From positions 1 to 25,545 of IMG/VR virus record IMGVR_UViG_3300025103_000140: DNA of 25,545 nt; one strand, written 5' to 3'. Position 1 is the stretch's first letter, and each line of letters begins with the position of its first letter. The notes beneath the pieces are model-generated. The model had not been told where the DNA came from. It made no database searches and was given only the letters and a program-made list of their open reading frames with translations. Both the position numbers and the translations under genes were made by a program. The stretch is from a virus. Lineage: Duplodnaviria > Caudoviricetes. Below, piece after piece: positions 25,241 to 25,545 of this stretch.

Positions 25241-25471
25241 CTATTGTCCTCCCTCTGGTATTATTTCCATTTGGGGTTCTGAAGTCCAAAATGCACCTCC
25301 GCTGTTGCCCTCGTCATCTCCACTTGCTAATATCCAACTACCGTCTGTAAATATAATAATTGGTGTTCTTTGCCAGTGCAGTTCAATTGCCTCTTTTTCT
25401 GACATGTATTCAATTTTATCTATTATTTTACCTTTAAATATTTTTGTCGCATCTCCGCTCCAGTTTCTCAT
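25241..25471 (-). CDS. Hypothetical phage protein
   Basis: 76 aa, AAGGAG RBS. Globular-looking (IIFTDGSWILASGDDEGNSGGAF). Confidence 0.7.
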   Translation of the reverse strand: MRNWSGDATKIFKGKIIDKIEYMSEKEAIELHWQRTPIIIFTDGSWILASGDDEGNSGGAFWTSEPQMEIIPEGGQ

Positions 25472-25545
25472 TTTATTTTCTCCTTATTAATTGTTATAGA
25501 TGATATGTCGTGTCTTTCTTGGTATCCGTTTTCTGTTCTGGTGAA
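25468..25545 (-). CDS. Possible 3' end of an upstream gene (truncated)
   Basis: The frame FTRTENGYQERHDISSITINKEKIK-stop ends in an ATGA overlap with the 76-aa gene. Other frames cannot be excluded. Confidence 0.3.
   Translation of the reverse strand, partial: FTRTENGYQERHDISSITINKEKIK

Noticed and set aside
16530-25490. Short + strand ORFs inside the replication/early arm
   Set aside because: Shadows of motif-supported - strand genes. Their Phe/Leu/Ile richness reflects the A-rich sense codons.
15800-25545. N4-type hairpin promoters (GC stem with GNA triloop) for the virion RNAP
   Set aside because: None was seen by eye in intergenic gaps. They would be expected upstream of the early genes, beyond the right edge of the window.

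Overview
AT-rich, gene-dense segment of a tailed (podovirus-like) phage genome with two convergent operons meeting at a bidirectional intrinsic terminator (about 15819-15872). The + strand arm (1-15799) is a late/virion module: a truncated tail protein, a Gly-rich fibre, a fibre chaperone, a GNAT-like protein, a KGG-type pilot protein, four ORFans and large internal (ejection) proteins. One of these starts with a staphylococcal-nuclease-like domain. The last gene is a 1096-aa single-subunit RNA polymerase whose motifs resemble the catalytic core of the N4 virion RNAP. The - strand arm (15871-25545) is an early/replication module: GP88-like protein, Zn-ribbon/TOPRIM primase, a second T7-type single-chain RNAP (811 aa), SSB, SF2 helicase, YqaJ exonuclease, RusA-like resolvase and small proteins. 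No DNA polymerase lies in the window. The main candidate system is this two-polymerase programme: a stand-alone 'mini' virion RNAP encoded next to a nuclease-tipped ejection protein, plus an unsplit T7-like RNAP. A structured intergenic RNA with a twice-repeated loop motif (18171-18296) and two small ORFs absent from the ORF track were also seen. All family calls come from motif recognition by eye; no searches were run.
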